From assembly GCF_039654945.1 (NCBI RefSeq), contig NW_027361758.1:1116001-1180000 (forward strand): a DNA stretch of 64,000 nt, in the 5' to 3' direction. The notes below the pieces were generated by a model. The model saw only the letters and a list, made by a program, of their open reading frames with translations, did not search any database and was not told where the DNA came from. A program made the translations under genes and the position numbers. Every line of letters begins with the position of its first letter. Position 1 is the stretch's first letter. This DNA is from Dendrobates tinctorius. Taxonomy: Eukaryota. Below are positions 1 to 13,393 of this stretch, piece after piece.

Positions 1-675
1 GGGCAGGATGGGAGACACATGGTGCAGGATGGATACGATGGAGAGATCATATGGGGTACAATGGATACTCATGAGGGCGGGATGGGAGAACATATGGCTG
101 AAGCCAGGAATGAGACACACGAGGGCCAGGATGGGGATTATTATTACTATAGGGGTTAATTAAGGGATATTATTACTGCAGTGATGTATTTATTTTATCT
201 TTTGAGTATACTGTTTTAAATGGGGGAAGGTCCTGTTACTGTGTAGAGTGATACTATGTCACCTTTTTTTCTTCATATGATGTAATGTGTTCTGCAAGCG
301 GAGCTCTAGATAACTGTGTTATTTCCCGCAGAGATGAGCCCTGGCAGGAAGACGAGATGGCGATCTGAGCTGGATGAAAGATGAAAAGCAAGGGTGAAGG
401 ACTTCACCTAGAGACATCACTGGTGAGTTATTGTGTTACCTCTACACTGACACTATACACTGTATACTATATACAGAGGTCCTGTGTATAATGTCACCAG
501 TGATCACTGTATTACCTGTACATTATATACAGAGCTCCTGTGTATAATGTCATTGATCACTGTATTACCTGTACACAGACACTGCATACTAAGTACAGAT
601 GGTCCTGTGTATAATGGCACTTATGGTGATAGTATTTTTTTTTTTTTTTATTACTGATCAGTATTGTAGTATTCA

Positions 676-1040
676 GTCACTATGTGGTGATAATATGTGG
701 TCTGGACATGGTGTTGCAGTATTTGTCCCTTGTATGTGCTATTATATGGTCACTTTGTTGTGGCAATATGTGGTCTGATCATGGTGCGATGGTATTTGTT
801 CCTTGTATGTGATATCATTCGGTCACTATGGTAGTAATATGTGGTTTGGACATGGTGTGGCGATATTTGTTCCTTGTATGTGGTAACATAGGTCACTATG
901 TGGTGGCAATATGTGGTCTGGACATGGTGCGGTGGTATTTGTCCCTTGTATGTGCTATTATATGGTCACTTTGTTGTGGCAATATGTGGTCTGATCATGG
1001 TGCGGTGGTATTTGTTCCTTGTATGTGATATTATTGGTCA
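676..1040. repeat. ~72-bp minisatellite, 5 units
   Basis: GTCACT...TGGTATTTGTTCCTTGTATGTG units starting at 676, 749, 822, 892, 965. Confidence 0.9.
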
Positions 1041-1827
1041 TTTAAAAAAATTGAAAAATAATCAAAAATATACCTAAATTGTATTGCAAATTTTAACAAA
1101 TATTTAATAGGTTAGAGTAGAGTAGAGCTCGGCCAAAAGTGTCTACACTGTTGTGATGGCGGCTTAAAAAAATCTTTTGGCCAAAACAAAAGCTGCCGGC
1201 TATATGTGTGATCTGGTGATGGGAACTGTTAATGTGTGATTGGTGAGAAGTGGAGTTTTTCAAAGAGAGGGCATCGAGACTGGACAGTTTGAGGGGTGGA
1301 GGCGGGGATGGGATGGTGCCCGAGTCTAAAGGGGGCCCCGAAAATTTTGCCAGTATGGGGCCCCGAAATGCCTGCCCTGCCCATGGCTAATATCTTGGTA
1401 AAGCCTACAGTTATGGGTTGGTTGGATATTAGCCATATGTAAGTTTTCATACTGGGCAGTTAGGTCAAGGACCCATCCGATTCATGAGCTTACCTTGACG
1501 TTGGTGGATGGGGGGGGTCACAGTTTTTGGCCAAATTTTGTGCTAAGCATCTCATGTGTTTTTTCCTAAGTTTCAAAAGCCATTATGCTATTCACACTTC
1601 ATGTATTTCACATTGATATGCCTTAATGCAATTGAGTGCAAGTATTTCCTTATTTTGATATGTGCGTGTATAAATAAATGTATAATATATAACCATAGCT
1701 GGAATGGATGGTGTTAAATCATAGCTCTGCAGTATTTGAGTAGAAGTACCTGCAGTGTCCCTATAAGAAGCAGGAAGTAAATTCATTATGTGGCTGTCTC
1801 CTGAGGGAGTGTCTGTCTGATGTTTGA

Positions 1828-1829
<2 letters not shown>

Positions 1830-1913
<84 letters not shown>
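1830..1913. repeat. (GA)n microsatellite
   Basis: pure GA run. Confidence 0.99.
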
Positions 1914-1915
<2 letters not shown>

Positions 1916-1977
1916 TATTTCGGTTTCTCTTTTTGAAAAATGTGACTAGGGAGTCAGTCTGCCAGTCTGCTGGATGT

Positions 1978-2317
1978 GATGAAAACTGAAAGAAAAAGAG
2001 CGCAATAGGGTCTTACCCGAGAAAATAAGAATATAAAACAATAAGTTATACTCACCCTGTGTAGGAGAGTATTAAGCATAAAGGAACAAAGTCAGCTTGC
2101 TGCACATCCAAATGACCACGCCGTGGCCATAGATCATCAGATTCAAAGAAGGAATTTTTATGGATTAACCGTGCGCTGCCAGACCATCACTCCTCACAAG
2201 TTGTGTGCTTCAAAACATTTAGTTAATAGGGAATTAAATGTTTTGAAGCACACAACTTGTGAGGAGTGATGGTCTGGCAGCGCACGGTTAATCCATAAAA
2301 ATTCCTTCTTTGAATCT
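1978..2317 (-). mobile_element. Short insertion with 15-bp TSD and terminal 83-bp fold-back; probable Penelope-like fragment
   Basis: CAGTCTGCTGGATGT at 1963-1977 and 2318-2332; perfect inverted arms 2139-2221 / 2235-2317. Confidence 0.65.
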
Positions 2318-3704
2318 CAGTCTGCTGGATGTAGCAGATGCAAATGTGTCAGCTCAGTGAAGTTGAGCAGACAGGATGTGACTTGGAGCTGAAAAGTGTT
2401 GGAAAGCCAGAATTCTTCTCTGAGAAGAGTCTGCACAGGCCATGTGCAAGCATCAGTGGTTGCTATGTTCAGCCATTTACGAATAGCCAGGGTTTGTACT
2501 TTTTAGTTAGCGCCTGGACAAAGCTAGGATTTTTGTTTGAGTTTGTTTTGGCACTGTGAAACCTGTGGAAAGAAATAAAATCTGCACGTGATCGGCCCAA
2601 AATTGCATTGCCTGTGTCCTGCGTGAACACTACCTGATGCCTACCTAAGAGAGTGAATCCCTATAATATAAATTTATATATTGTAGACTTTATCAAATGG
2701 TTTGGAGGCATCAATAGAGACTGAAACTTGAGAGCCTACATCTTTGTGTACTGCTCGGATATTGGCAAAAAAACTCCAAAAACTAGAATGTGTGGCTTTA
2801 TTCAGCATGAATCTTGTTTGGTTGTGGCTGATTGAGGATAAAATACCTGTTTTGAGTTCATTTAGAGTATTTTTGGCAAGATTTTAACCCCTTTCTCACA
2901 TCCGACGTACTATCCCATCCATGGGACCCAGGCCCCTATGCCCATGGACGGGATAGTACGTCTACCGCGATCAGCGGTGCCCACGTGGTGAGCGCCGCTG
3001 ATCGCGGCCGGGTGTCAGCTGATTATCACAGCTGACACCCGGCACAATGTGTCAGGGGCGGTTACGGACCGCCCCCGACACGTTAACCCCTTGCACACCG
3101 CGATCAAACACGATCGCGATGTACCGGGGGTTAAAGGGAAGCATCGGCAGGGAGGGGGCTCCCTCTGTGCTTCCCTGAGCCCCCCACGGCAGCGCAATGT
3201 GCAGCGCTGCTGCGGGGGGCTCCTTTCCTGCAGGCCCCTGAATCCAAGATGGTGACGGGGGCCTTCGGGGGCCTGCAGGAAGCTGGCTTCCTCAGTGCCT
3301 GCAAAGCGCAGGCAAGAGGAAGTCTTCTTCAATGCCTGTGACAGATTGCTGATCTGTCACAGTGATCTGTGATGTGACAGATCAGCGATCTGTCACAGGA
3401 CAGTGATGTCCCACCTGGGACTATTTAATAATAAAAAAAAAAAAAAAAAAAAAAAAATCGCCAAATAAATATTACCCCAAATAAATCCATTTTTTAGAAA
3501 TAAAACAAACAAAAAAAAACAAACAATAAAAGTACACATATTAGGTATCGCAGCGTCCGTAACGACCCGCCCTATAAAACTGTCCCATTAGTTAACCCCT
3601 TTAGCGAACCCCTTAAAAAATAAAAATCGAAGCAAAAAATAATGATTTATTATCATACCGCCAAACAAAAAGTGTAATAACGCGCAATCAAAAAGACGCA
3701 TATA

Positions 3705-5313
3705 CAGTGGGGAAAAAAAGTATTTAGTCAGTCAGCAATAGTGCAAGTTCCACCACTTAAAAAGATGAGAGGCGTCTGTAATTTACATCATAGGTAGACC
3801 TCAACTATGGGAGACAAACTGAGAAAAAAAAAAAATCCAGAAAATCACATTGTCTGTTTTTTTTTCATTTTATTTGCATATTATGGTGGAAAATAAGTAT
3901 TTGGTCAGAAACAAAATTTCATCTCAATACTTTGTGATATATCCTTTGTTGGCAATGACAGAGGTCAAACGTTTTCTGTAAGTCTTCACAAGGTTGCCAC
4001 ACACTGTTGTTGGTATGTTGGCCCATTCCTCCATGCAGATCTCCTCTAGAGCAGTGATGTTTTTGGCTTTTCGCTTGGCAACACGGACTTTCAACTCCCT
4101 CCAAAGGTTTTCTATAGGGTTGAGATCTGGAGACTGGCTAGGCCACTCCAGGACCTTGAAATGCTTCTTACGAAGCCACTCCTTCGTTGCCCTGGCGGTG
4201 TGCTTTGGATCATTGTCATGTTGAAAGACCCAGCCACGTTTCATCTTCAATGCCCTTGCTGATAGAAGGAGGTTTGCACTCAAAATCTCACGATACATGG
4301 CCCCATTCATTCTTTCATGTACCCGGATCAGTCGTCCTGGCCCCTTTGCAGAGAAACAGCCCCAATGCATGATGTTTCCACCACCATGCTTTACAGTAGG
4401 TATGGTGTTTGATGGATGCAACTCAGTATTCTTTTTCCACCAAACACGACAAGTTGTGTTTCTACCAAACAGTTCCAGTTTGGTTTCATCAGACCATAGG
4501 ACATTCTCCCAAAACTCCTCTGGATCATCCAAATGCTCTCTAGCAAACTTCAGACGGGCCCGGACATGTACAGGCTTAAGCAGTGGGACACGTCTGGCAC
4601 TGCAGTATCTGAGTCCATGGTGGCGTAGTGTGTTACTTATGGTAGGCCTTGTTACATTGGTCCCAGCTCTCTGCAGTTCATTCACTAGGTCCCCCCGCGT
4701 GGTTCTGGGATTTTTGCTCACCGTTCTTGTGATCATTCTGACCCCACGGGGTGGGATTTTGCGTGGAGCACCAGATCGAGGAAGATTATCAGTGGTCTTG
4801 TATGTCTTCCATTTTCTAATTATTGCTCCCACAGTTGATTTCTTCACTCCAAGCTGGTTGGCTATTGCAGATTCAGTCTTCCCAGCCTGGTGCAGGGCTA
4901 CAATTTTGTTTCTGGTGTCCTTTGACAGCTCTTTGGTCTTCACCATAGTGGAGTTTGGAGTCAGACTGTTTGAGGGTGTGCACAGGTGTCTTTTTATACC
5001 GATAACAAGTTTAAACAGGTGCCATTACTACAGGTAATGAGTGGAGGAAAGAGGAGACTCTTAAAGAAGAAGTTACAGGTCTGTGAGAGCCAGAAATCTT
5101 GATTGCTTGTTTCTGACCAAATACTTATTTTCCACCATAATATGCAAATAAAATGAAAAAAAAACAGACAATGTGATTTTCTGGATTTTTTTTTCTCAGT
5201 TTGTCTCCCATAGTTGAGGTCTACCTATGATGTAAATTACAGACGCCTCTCATCTTTTTAAGTGGTGGAACTTGCACTATTGCTGACTGACTAAATACTT
5301 TTTTTCCCCACTG
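3705..5313 (-). mobile_element. Full-length Tc1-like transposon (copy A)
   Basis: TA|CAGTGGGG ... CCCCACTG|TA; ~210-bp TIRs; intact transposase. Confidence 0.98.
3924..4946 (-). CDS. Tc1 DD34E transposase, 340 aa, uninterrupted
   Basis: paired-like [28 protein letters not shown]. Confidence 0.96.
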   Translation of the reverse strand: MVKTKELSKDTRNKIVALHQAGKTESAIANQLGVKKSTVGAIIRKWKTYKTTDNLPRSGAPRKIPPRGVRMITRTVSKNPRTTRGDLVNELQRAGTNVTRPTISNTLRHHGLRYCSARRVPLLKPVHVRARLKFAREHLDDPEEFWENVLWSDETKLELFGRNTTCRVWWKKNTELHPSNTIPTVKHGGGNIMHWGCFSAKGPGRLIRVHERMNGAMYREILSANLLLSARALKMKRGWVFQHDNDPKHTARATKEWLRKKHFKVLEWPSQSPDLNPIENLWRELKVRVAKRKAKNITALEEICMEEWANIPTTVCGNLVKTYRKRLTSVIANKGYITKY

Positions 5314-5970
5314 TAAATATCCATGGTACCGCTGAAAACGTCATCTTGTTCTGCAAAAAACGAGCCGCCACACAGCATCAGCGAAAAAATAAAAAAGTTA
5401 TAGCTCGCAGAATAAAGCGATGCAAAAATAATTATTTTTTATATAAAATAGTTTTCATTGCATTAAACCGACAAAACATAAAAAAAGACCTAAATGAGGT
5501 ATCGCTGTAACCGTACTGACCCGAAGAATAAAACCGCTTTATCAATTTTACCGCACTCCCCCAAAAGAAATTCATGAAACGCTGGTTTTTGTTCATTCTG
5601 CGTCCCAAAAATCGGAATAAAAAGCGATCAAAAAATGTCACGTGCCCGAAAATGGTACCAATAAAAACGTCAACTCGTCCCGCAAAAAATAAGACCTCAC
5701 ATGACTCGGTGGGTCAAAATACGGAAAAATTATAGCTCTCAATATGTGGTGATGCAAAAACTATTTTTACAATAAAAAGCGTCTTTTAGCGTGCGACAGC
5801 TGCCAAACATAAAAACCGCCATAAATAGTAAATCAAACCCCCCGTTATCACCCCCTTAGTTAGGGAAAAATAATAAAATAAAAAAAATGTATTTATTTCC
5901 ATTTTTCCATTAGGGTTAGGGCTCAGATTAGGGTTAGTGGTGTGTTGGGGTTCGGGTTGGAGTTAGAATT

Positions 5971-7760
5971 GGGGGTTTCCACTGTTTGGGCACATCAGGG
6001 GCTCTACAAATGCAACATTGCGTCTGATCTCAATTCCAGCCAATTCCGAGTTGAAAAAGTCAAATGGTGATCCTTCCCTTCCAAGCTCTGCCATGCACCC
6101 AAACAGTGTTTTACCCCCACATGTAGGGTATCAGCCTACTCTGGCAAATTGCAAAACAATTTTTGGGGTCCAATTTCTCCTGTTACCCTTAGGAACATAA
6201 TAAATTGGGGGCAAAAATATCATTTTTGTGGAAAAAAATGATTTTTTTATTTTCACGTCCGAGCGTTATAAACTTCTGTGAAGCACTTGGGGGTTCAAAG
6301 TGCTCACCACACATCTAGATAAGTTCCGTAGGGGGGTCTAGTGTCCAAAATGGGGTCACTTGTGGGGAGTTTCAATAGTTTAGGTACATCAGGGGCTCTC
6401 CAAACGCACATGACACCCGCAGACCATTCCATCAGAGTCTGCATTCCAAAACGTCACTGCTTCCCTTCCGAGCCCCGACGTGTGTCCATACAGTAGTTTT
6501 CTCCCACATATGGGGTGTCAGCGTACTCATGACAAATTGGACAACAACTTTTGGGGTCCAATTTCTCCTGTTACCCTTGGGAAAATGAAAAAATTGGGGA
6601 CTAATTGATCATGTTTGTGGAAAAAATACGATTTTTTTATTTTCATGCCCGGGCATTATAAACTTCTGTGAAGCCCTTGGGGTTCAAAGTGCTCACCACA
6701 CATCTAGGTAAGTTCCTTAGGGGGTCTCTTTTCCAAAATGGGGTCATTTGTGGGGGGTTTCCACTGTTTAGGTACATTAGAGGCTCTCCAAAGGCAACAT
6801 GACACCCGCAGACCATTCCATCAATGTCTGCATTCCAAAACGTCACTACTTCCCTTCCGAGCCCTGACGTGTGTCCATACAGTAGTTTTCTCCCACATAT
6901 GGGGTGTCAGCGTACTCAGGACAAATTGGACAACAACTTTTGGGGTTCAATTTCTCCTGTTACCCTTGGGAAAATAAAAAAATTGGGGACTAAAAGATCA
7001 TGTTTGTGGAAAAAATACGAATTTTTTATTTTCACGCCCGGGCGTTATAAACTTCTGTGAAGCACTGGGGGGTTCAAAGTGCTCACCACACATCTAGATA
7101 AGTTCCTTGGGGGGTCTAGTTTACAAAATAGTGTCATTTGTGGGGGGTTCCACTGTTTAGGTACATCAGGGGATTTCCAATCGCGACATGGTGTCCGATC
7201 TCAATTCCAGCCAAAAACGTCAAATGGCGCTGCTTCCCTTCCAAGCTCTGCCATGCGCCCAAATAGTGGTTTACCCCCACATGTGGGGTATCAGAGTACT
7301 CGGGACAAATTGCACAATAACTTTTAGGTTCCTGTTACCCTTGGGAAAATAAAAATTGGGGTGAAAAGATCATTTTTCTGGAAAAAATATGATTTTTTAA
7401 TTGTACCGCTGTACGTTATAAACTTCTGTAAAGCCCTTGTGGGTTCAAAGTTCTCACCACATATCTAGATAAGTTCCTTGGGGGGTCTAGTTTCCAAAAT
7501 GGGGTCACTTGTAGGGGGTTTCCACTGTTTAGGTACATCAGGGACTCTCCAAACGTGACATGGCGTCTGATCTGAATTCCAGCCAATTTTGCATTGAAAA
7601 AGTCAAAAGGCGCTCCTTCCATTCTGAGCTCTGCCATGCGCCGAAACAGTCATTCCCCCCCACAAATCAGGTATCAGCGTACTCAGGATAAATTGCACAA
7701 TAACTTTTGCAGTCCAATTTCTCCTGTTACCCTTGGTAAAATAAAAAAAATTGAACCTGA
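5971..7760. repeat. ~390-bp tandem satellite (~4.6 units) inside the piggyBac-like element
   Basis: GGGGTTTCCACTGTTTAGGTACATCAGGG recurs near 5971, 6364, 6753, 7143, 7514. Confidence 0.9.
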
Positions 7761-8414
7761 AGTATTTTTTGTGTGAAAAAAAGTTAGATGTTCATTTTTT
7801 TTTTAAATATTCAAAAAAATTCCTGTGACGCACCTAAAGGGTTAATAAACTTCTTGAATGTGGTTTTGAGCACCTTAAGGGGTGCAGTTTTTAGAATGGT
7901 GTCACTTTTGGGTATTTTCTATCATATAGACCCCTCAAAGTGGCTTCAAATGTGATGTGGTCCTAAAAATAAAATGGTGCTGTAAAAATGAGAAATCGCT
8001 GGTCAACTTTTAACCCTTAGAACTTCCTAACAAAAAAAAATTTTGGTGCCAAAATTGTGCTGATTTAAAGTAAACATGTGGGAAATGTTAGTTATCAAGT
8101 TTTTTGTGTGCCGTATCTCTGTGATTTAAGGGCATAAAAATTCAAAGTTGGAAAATTGCGAAATTTTCAAAATTTTTGCAAAATTTCCGTTTTTTTCACA
8201 AATAAACGCAAGTTATTTGAATGAAATTTTACCACTAACATGAAGTACAATATGTCACGAGAAAATGTCAGAATCACCGGGATCCATGGAAGCGTTCCAG
8301 AGTTATGACCTCATAAAGGTACAGTGGTCAGAATTGTAAAAATTGGCCCGGTCATGAACGTGCAAACCACCCTTGGGGGTGAAGGGGTTAATGTTTGCCT
8401 GAAGACGCAAAACT

Positions 8415-8600
8415 GAGCTTTACATAGTCTGGAATCCCTGGTTTGGGGAGTACCATTTTAGTGAGGGTGGCAGGCAGACCCCCATTCAAGTTTTATTCAA
8501 ATCTTCCTATAGATGAAGGACGAGGATGTCCACAATCTTCTTATAAAATTCCTCAGGTATAACGATCGGGGCATGGCGCCTTCCCATTGACAGATCCTCG
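8415..8600 (-). pseudogene. Degenerate LINE-1 ORF2 fragment
   Basis: hand translation NGKAPCPDRYT/EEFYKKIVDIL...VLPKPG resembles the KAPGPDG..EFYK / IPKPGK region upstream of RT. Confidence 0.65.
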
Positions 8601-9002
8601 CTTTTTTTAAATTATAATTTTTATTAAAAATTGTTAAAATTTTACAGGAAAAGAAAAAATTAGGAATTTTAGATTTTTACTATCATTTATAAGTTAACAA
8701 CGATCCTCTTTCTTTAAAGAAAGGGCTGTAGATATACATCTTTTCTGCACCGAGACACAGCAACTATGAAGTAAACGTACACCTATGGATTGGCAGGAAA
8801 ATGTTTTAAATGTATGTGTATGGAGGGGGATTTGGAACTTCGTATGAAAAAAAAAAAAAAAAGCTCTGACTACTATACGGAAATGTTAAGAAATTAATTA
8901 GCGCATCATTTTTCATTTATTTGGAATTAAGAAGAAATAGGGAAAAAAGAAAAAAAAAAAAGAGTCAAGTGTGGAACAGCAGAAAGGTAAGGTAGAACCT
9001 AC

Positions 9003-9054
9003 GTGGAAAACCAGCCTGTCTCATTAACTTCTTCTTTGAAAGAACCTTCATTGC
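9003..9054 (-). CDS. CAMKK2: CAMKK2 coding exon 4 (AMKVLSKKKLMRQAGFP+1 nt; catalytic Lys)
   Basis: 52 bp translated by hand; ACACAG acceptor, GTAGGT donor; next exon not found in the window. Confidence 0.96.
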
Positions 9055-9601
9055 CTGTGTTAAAGTGAAAAGAGAATCGTATCAAATGATATAAAAATAG
9101 TAATATGTGATATCATGTACTTACCATAAGTAAATTATCTATTCTTTGCCATTTTTCAAATTTTTTTTACTGTGTATATGTACTATACATAAATTAAAAA
9201 AAAAAGAAAACAGAACGTTCCAAAGTAATATTTCAGCATTTCCTCTGGAGAGGACATCACATCACTTCACAGTAATTGTTACCCAGCACGGTTAGATATC
9301 TGCGTAGATCACCGCAGTGCCAGACAGCACAGAACGTCCGAGTTATATTTATTTGCTGTCTGTCACCTGAGAGGTGTCATTAAATCGCAACCCAAATAAA
9401 GGCCAGACACAAAATAACTGTATAACGAACGCTCTCGCTTACCAGGAACGTGAAGACGACATGACACATAGAACAACCACTCACAAATCAATTCTGTCTG
9501 CAGAATCATTAAAGAAGTATCTAAATTAAAAATGAACATAACATATGAGGACTATGCCAGTTTTCATAAAGCGTTTTATTATAGTAGTAATGTCCACTTA
9601 C

Positions 9602-9655
9602 ATAGTATGTGTTATCATATTCATTGTAAGCCAGTTTCACCACTCCATATGAACC
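9602..9655 (-). CDS. CAMKK2: CAMKK2 coding exon 3 (GSYGVVKLAYNEYDNTYY, glycine-rich loop)
   Basis: 54 bp translated by hand (not in the ORF track); CTCAG acceptor, GTAAGT donor. Confidence 0.97.
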
Positions 9656-10211
9656 CTGAGGGAGCGAAGAAGGAAAAGGAAAAAAAAAAAACCAAACTTT
9701 AAAATTAGGTCAATTATTTGGATTGGACTGTACTTAAGTGATTTTTTTCTATTCGACTAATATTCTTCCCTCATAATATGCAATTATGTGCAGTCAAGTC
9801 ATTTCACAAATTTTATTGCAGTGCTTTAACAAAAGTTGGAAATAATGAATGTGCAGTTAGAGATTTGTTGAGAAATCTATTTTGTTTTAAAAAGCCTAAA
9901 TCAGTGCAGAAAATATATAAGCTAAATTTTAAAAAAAACAAAAAACAAAAAAAAAACAAACACAACAACAGTCTCAGACACAGGGTTGTGGAGTCGGTAA
10001 GCCAAACCTGCGACTCCGACTCCTCAATTTCCCTTACACCGACTGACACATATTGCTTATATTTAAGTGAAAAATGTATTGTAGCACAATGTGAACATCA
10101 GACATTTAATCATTTCTATGATACAATAATCAAGATATTTAGATAGAACATTATAGTTATTGGAATACAACTTTAGAACACAAAAAACTAAAATTGTAAA
10201 TAAGCAATATC

Positions 10212-10213
<2 letters not shown>

Positions 10214-10269
<56 letters not shown>
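10214..10269. repeat. (TA)n microsatellite
   Basis: pure AT run. Confidence 0.98.
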
Positions 10270-10273
<4 letters not shown>

Positions 10274-10360
10274 CTCTCTATCTATATCACTATGTAATAA
10301 ACTATGTAAGTGGCAAAAAACAGTTTTCAACAAAAACATACTAAATAACATTTGTGCAGT

Positions 10361-11850
10361 CTATGAATTTGTTCTAAGAAATGGAATTGCCTCCATCAGA
10401 TCCTCCTTCTTAGATGACCTCAAATCTGACCTAATAATTTTAAGGCTTGAGAACAATCTCTCTACACTAACTTGGGTTGGAGGCAAAGCCGTAACCACTT
10501 GGGCAACATCTCTAACAATTTTCGGGTATAAAGGAATTGCCTCATGCACAGTCAGTTTTGATGAACGGTTGAATTTTTCTATTTCTTTGAGAGCAAGTGA
10601 AACATTTTGCTGAGATATGGTCAATCTGCTTGCTATAGGAGACGGAGTGAAATATTTTTCCTTGCGGCAACGCTTTGCCTGCCCCATGTCATCCAAATAC
10701 TTGTCAAAATCAAACGTCTCATCTGATGAGGATGAAGATATGGCGGCAGTAGCACTGTCAGGACCCAAGTCCTCTTTAGCCTGGCAGTCCTGTAGGCCAC
10801 TCATCCTAACTGCTACCTCAGTTAGAGCCTCTTTTCCTTTAGTAAGCTGTTGATCATCAAGCAGTATACAATGACTTGGATCCACAAACAGCTGCCAGAA
10901 AAATTTTATTTTCCAATAGCTGTGTCTCTCTCCGTTTCACTGAAGCAGAAATGTCATCTGCGATTAAACCTCCTCATTGGGACAGACAAAATAGCAAGTT
11001 CTTCCAGTCCCTTATGAAAATGCCAGGAGCTAAATCCTCAGCTTGTAATTTTTTAGACACGGTAAATGGGTGATTAAGCAATTCCTTCAATTCAGCCACC
11101 TGTGTCCATTGACCTTCATTTAAGGTTACCTGAGGGTTCATCATATCTATAAGAAATGGTTTTAGTTCAAGCAATCGCTCAATTATTAAATAAGTGCTGC
11201 CCCACCGAGTGGCTTGATCGACAATTGCCCCTTTCCCAGCACGTCTCTTCAAGATGGAATCAATTTTAGGGGTTCTGGTGGCAATAACCAATTTCCTCAC
11301 TCTTCCAATCACATTTCCAGCATGTCCCTCTTGCAGACTCTCTCTTATTGCCAGCTGCAGCGTGTGCACAACACAGCGCATGTTATGAATATGCAAGTGA
11401 TTTGAAGCAGCTTCAACAAGATCATCTATTTCTACAGTATAATTTTGCTGTTCTTCTGTTGTAATATCTGTTTGTTCATCGGTTACATGAACAGCACTGT
11501 GGCCTTCCATCTCAAACATACTGAATCCTAAATTTTCTTCTAGCTATTGTTCATTACTCTCATTCATCAGTTTTAATTGTACTTATGTTTGAAGCATTGT
11601 CCATTACAATAGCAAGAACCGATTCTTTTTTGAGATCATAATCTTGCAGAACTTTTTCCACTAAGGCCTGGAGAAACTGGCTGCTGTGATGAGCTTTAGC
11701 ATCTTTTACTGCCAGTGTCTTGGTAACAATTTATTTGTTGTCACAAACATATCGAACATTGATGGCAAAATAGTTCACTCTGTGACGTGTGCAGGCATCC
11801 ATTTTAAGAAACATGAAGCATCTTTTGAGAGTCTTTTTAAGATCTTCCTT
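10361..11850 (-). pseudogene. hAT transposase pseudogene (frameshifted, 5' part lost)
   Basis: CVVHTLQL (CxxH), TRWGST, and the hATC motif PPTQVSVERLFS in ORFs 10974-11519 and 10361-10885. Confidence 0.9.
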
Positions 11851-13393
11851 TTACAGAAAGCACATAATAAATCACCTACAATATTAGCGTCAGTTACCTT
11901 CCTGTGACAGAGATGAGCAGTAGTACTTTCACTTTCTCCAGCTCAGGGCCCAGGAATCGGATCCTGTGCAGGGCAGGCACCCCTCCCCTCCTCTCTCTGG
12001 TGAAGAGAGTAGAAGACAGGACAGAGGAGGGGAGATTGCCCCCTGCAGTCTGGAGCCGACGCAGGACGGGAGCACTGCAGCATACAAGTGAGTTTTGATA
12101 GGTACGTGCCCCTGCTTCTGGGGGGGGGGCAGCTGCTCCCCCCCTGCCCCTGGCTGGCTACGGCCATGATTCACACACAGGGTTTTTGCGGATCTGTTTT
12201 TTGCAGTAAAATGCAGGGACTCTGGGCATCCCAGGAAAGTCAATGGGTCTCAAGATATGACATACAGACACATCGTTTTGTGAGGATCTGTTTTTGGGCT
12301 CAAAAATGGATCCTCACAAAGAATGAGCATGTCAGTTTGTGCGGCGTTTTTCTAATCTGCTTTTGCTATTGAAAACATTATCTATGAGCTCAAAAACCTT
12401 TCAGGTGATGCGGTTTTTTAAAAAGCTGATCTGCTTTTGCAGCTGAAAAACATATCCTCAAAAAATGCAGGAAAAACGCTGTGTGTGAATGTAGCCTTAG
12501 ATCAGGAATAGAACAGCCATTTATAGGATAGATCATAACTTTCCCAAATTCCTATGAAAAAATATTCAGCACATTCTGCATTGAACTACTGTACCCAATT
12601 TTTTTTTTATATATATATATTTTAAGAGTCGGTCCATTTTATACCGACTTACTCCACCAAAATGAGCACCCACTCCGACTCCACAGCCCTGCTCAGACAA
12701 ATATTTGATTACAGGCAATGAATGAACAGCAACCATGTGTGGTTAGAATTAGGCATCATGATAATCTAGAACACCAGTTTACAAGTATAGAGGTTCGGTC
12801 GTATGTTGTAAATTGGTATACGGTAGTGCAAGATGATACTTGCATTAGTGTTTGGACTTTTTTTTTTTTTTTTAAATTAATTGTCTGCATCCCCTACAAA
12901 TAAATATTAAAACTATATTTTTAATAAAGCAGGTGGCATTTAAAGTGAGAAACCCACAATTAATACTCTTTGCCTACTTCCTATGCAGTAAATTAGAAAC
13001 CTACAGTCATGTGCAAAATAACAGCATTGTGTTTAAAACAGCAGAGAAAAATCTCAGTCCTCATAAAAGCATTCATTTCCATATGCACAAAAGGCACTGG
13101 GAGCACTGCACATTCATTTCCAAAAGAAAACGTGAACAAAATATACATTTTTAAACTGAAAAGACATACTGATGTCTGCATTTTGATTTGTAAACTGGAA
13201 TTTTTACAGCATAAACTGAAATTAGTTTCCAGAATTTGATTTTCTGTTAATCACTGAACTAATATTTAGTTGGGTAACCTTTATTTCTGATAACTGCTTT
13301 ACATCTGTGAGACATGGAGTCAACTAACAGCTGCAACAGATATTCCAGCCCAAGCTGACTGGACTACATTCCACAGTTCTTTTGCACTCTAAA

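Larger units (their letters stand above)
2888..8387. mobile_element. Large non-autonomous piggyBac-like DNA transposon
   Basis: TTAA|CCCCTT ... AAGGGG|TTAA termini; no transposase; hosts a Tc1 and a satellite. Confidence 0.8.
9981..12691 (-). mobile_element. hAT transposon with decayed transposase
   Basis: TIR CAGGGTTGTGGAGTCGG / CCGACTCCACAGCCCTG; perfect 8-bp TSD CTCAGACA. Confidence 0.95.

Noticed and set aside
676-1040. Regular repeats resembling a CRISPR array
   Set aside because: No unique spacers; eukaryotic minisatellite
4297-5037. 246-aa antisense ORF over the Tc1 transposase (also 52635-53375)
   Set aside because: Shadow frame of the transposase; presence in both copies is trivial given ~99% identity; no recognisable domain
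8397-8420. CTGAAGA motif resembling a hammerhead box
   Set aside because: Lacks the GAAA box and closing stems
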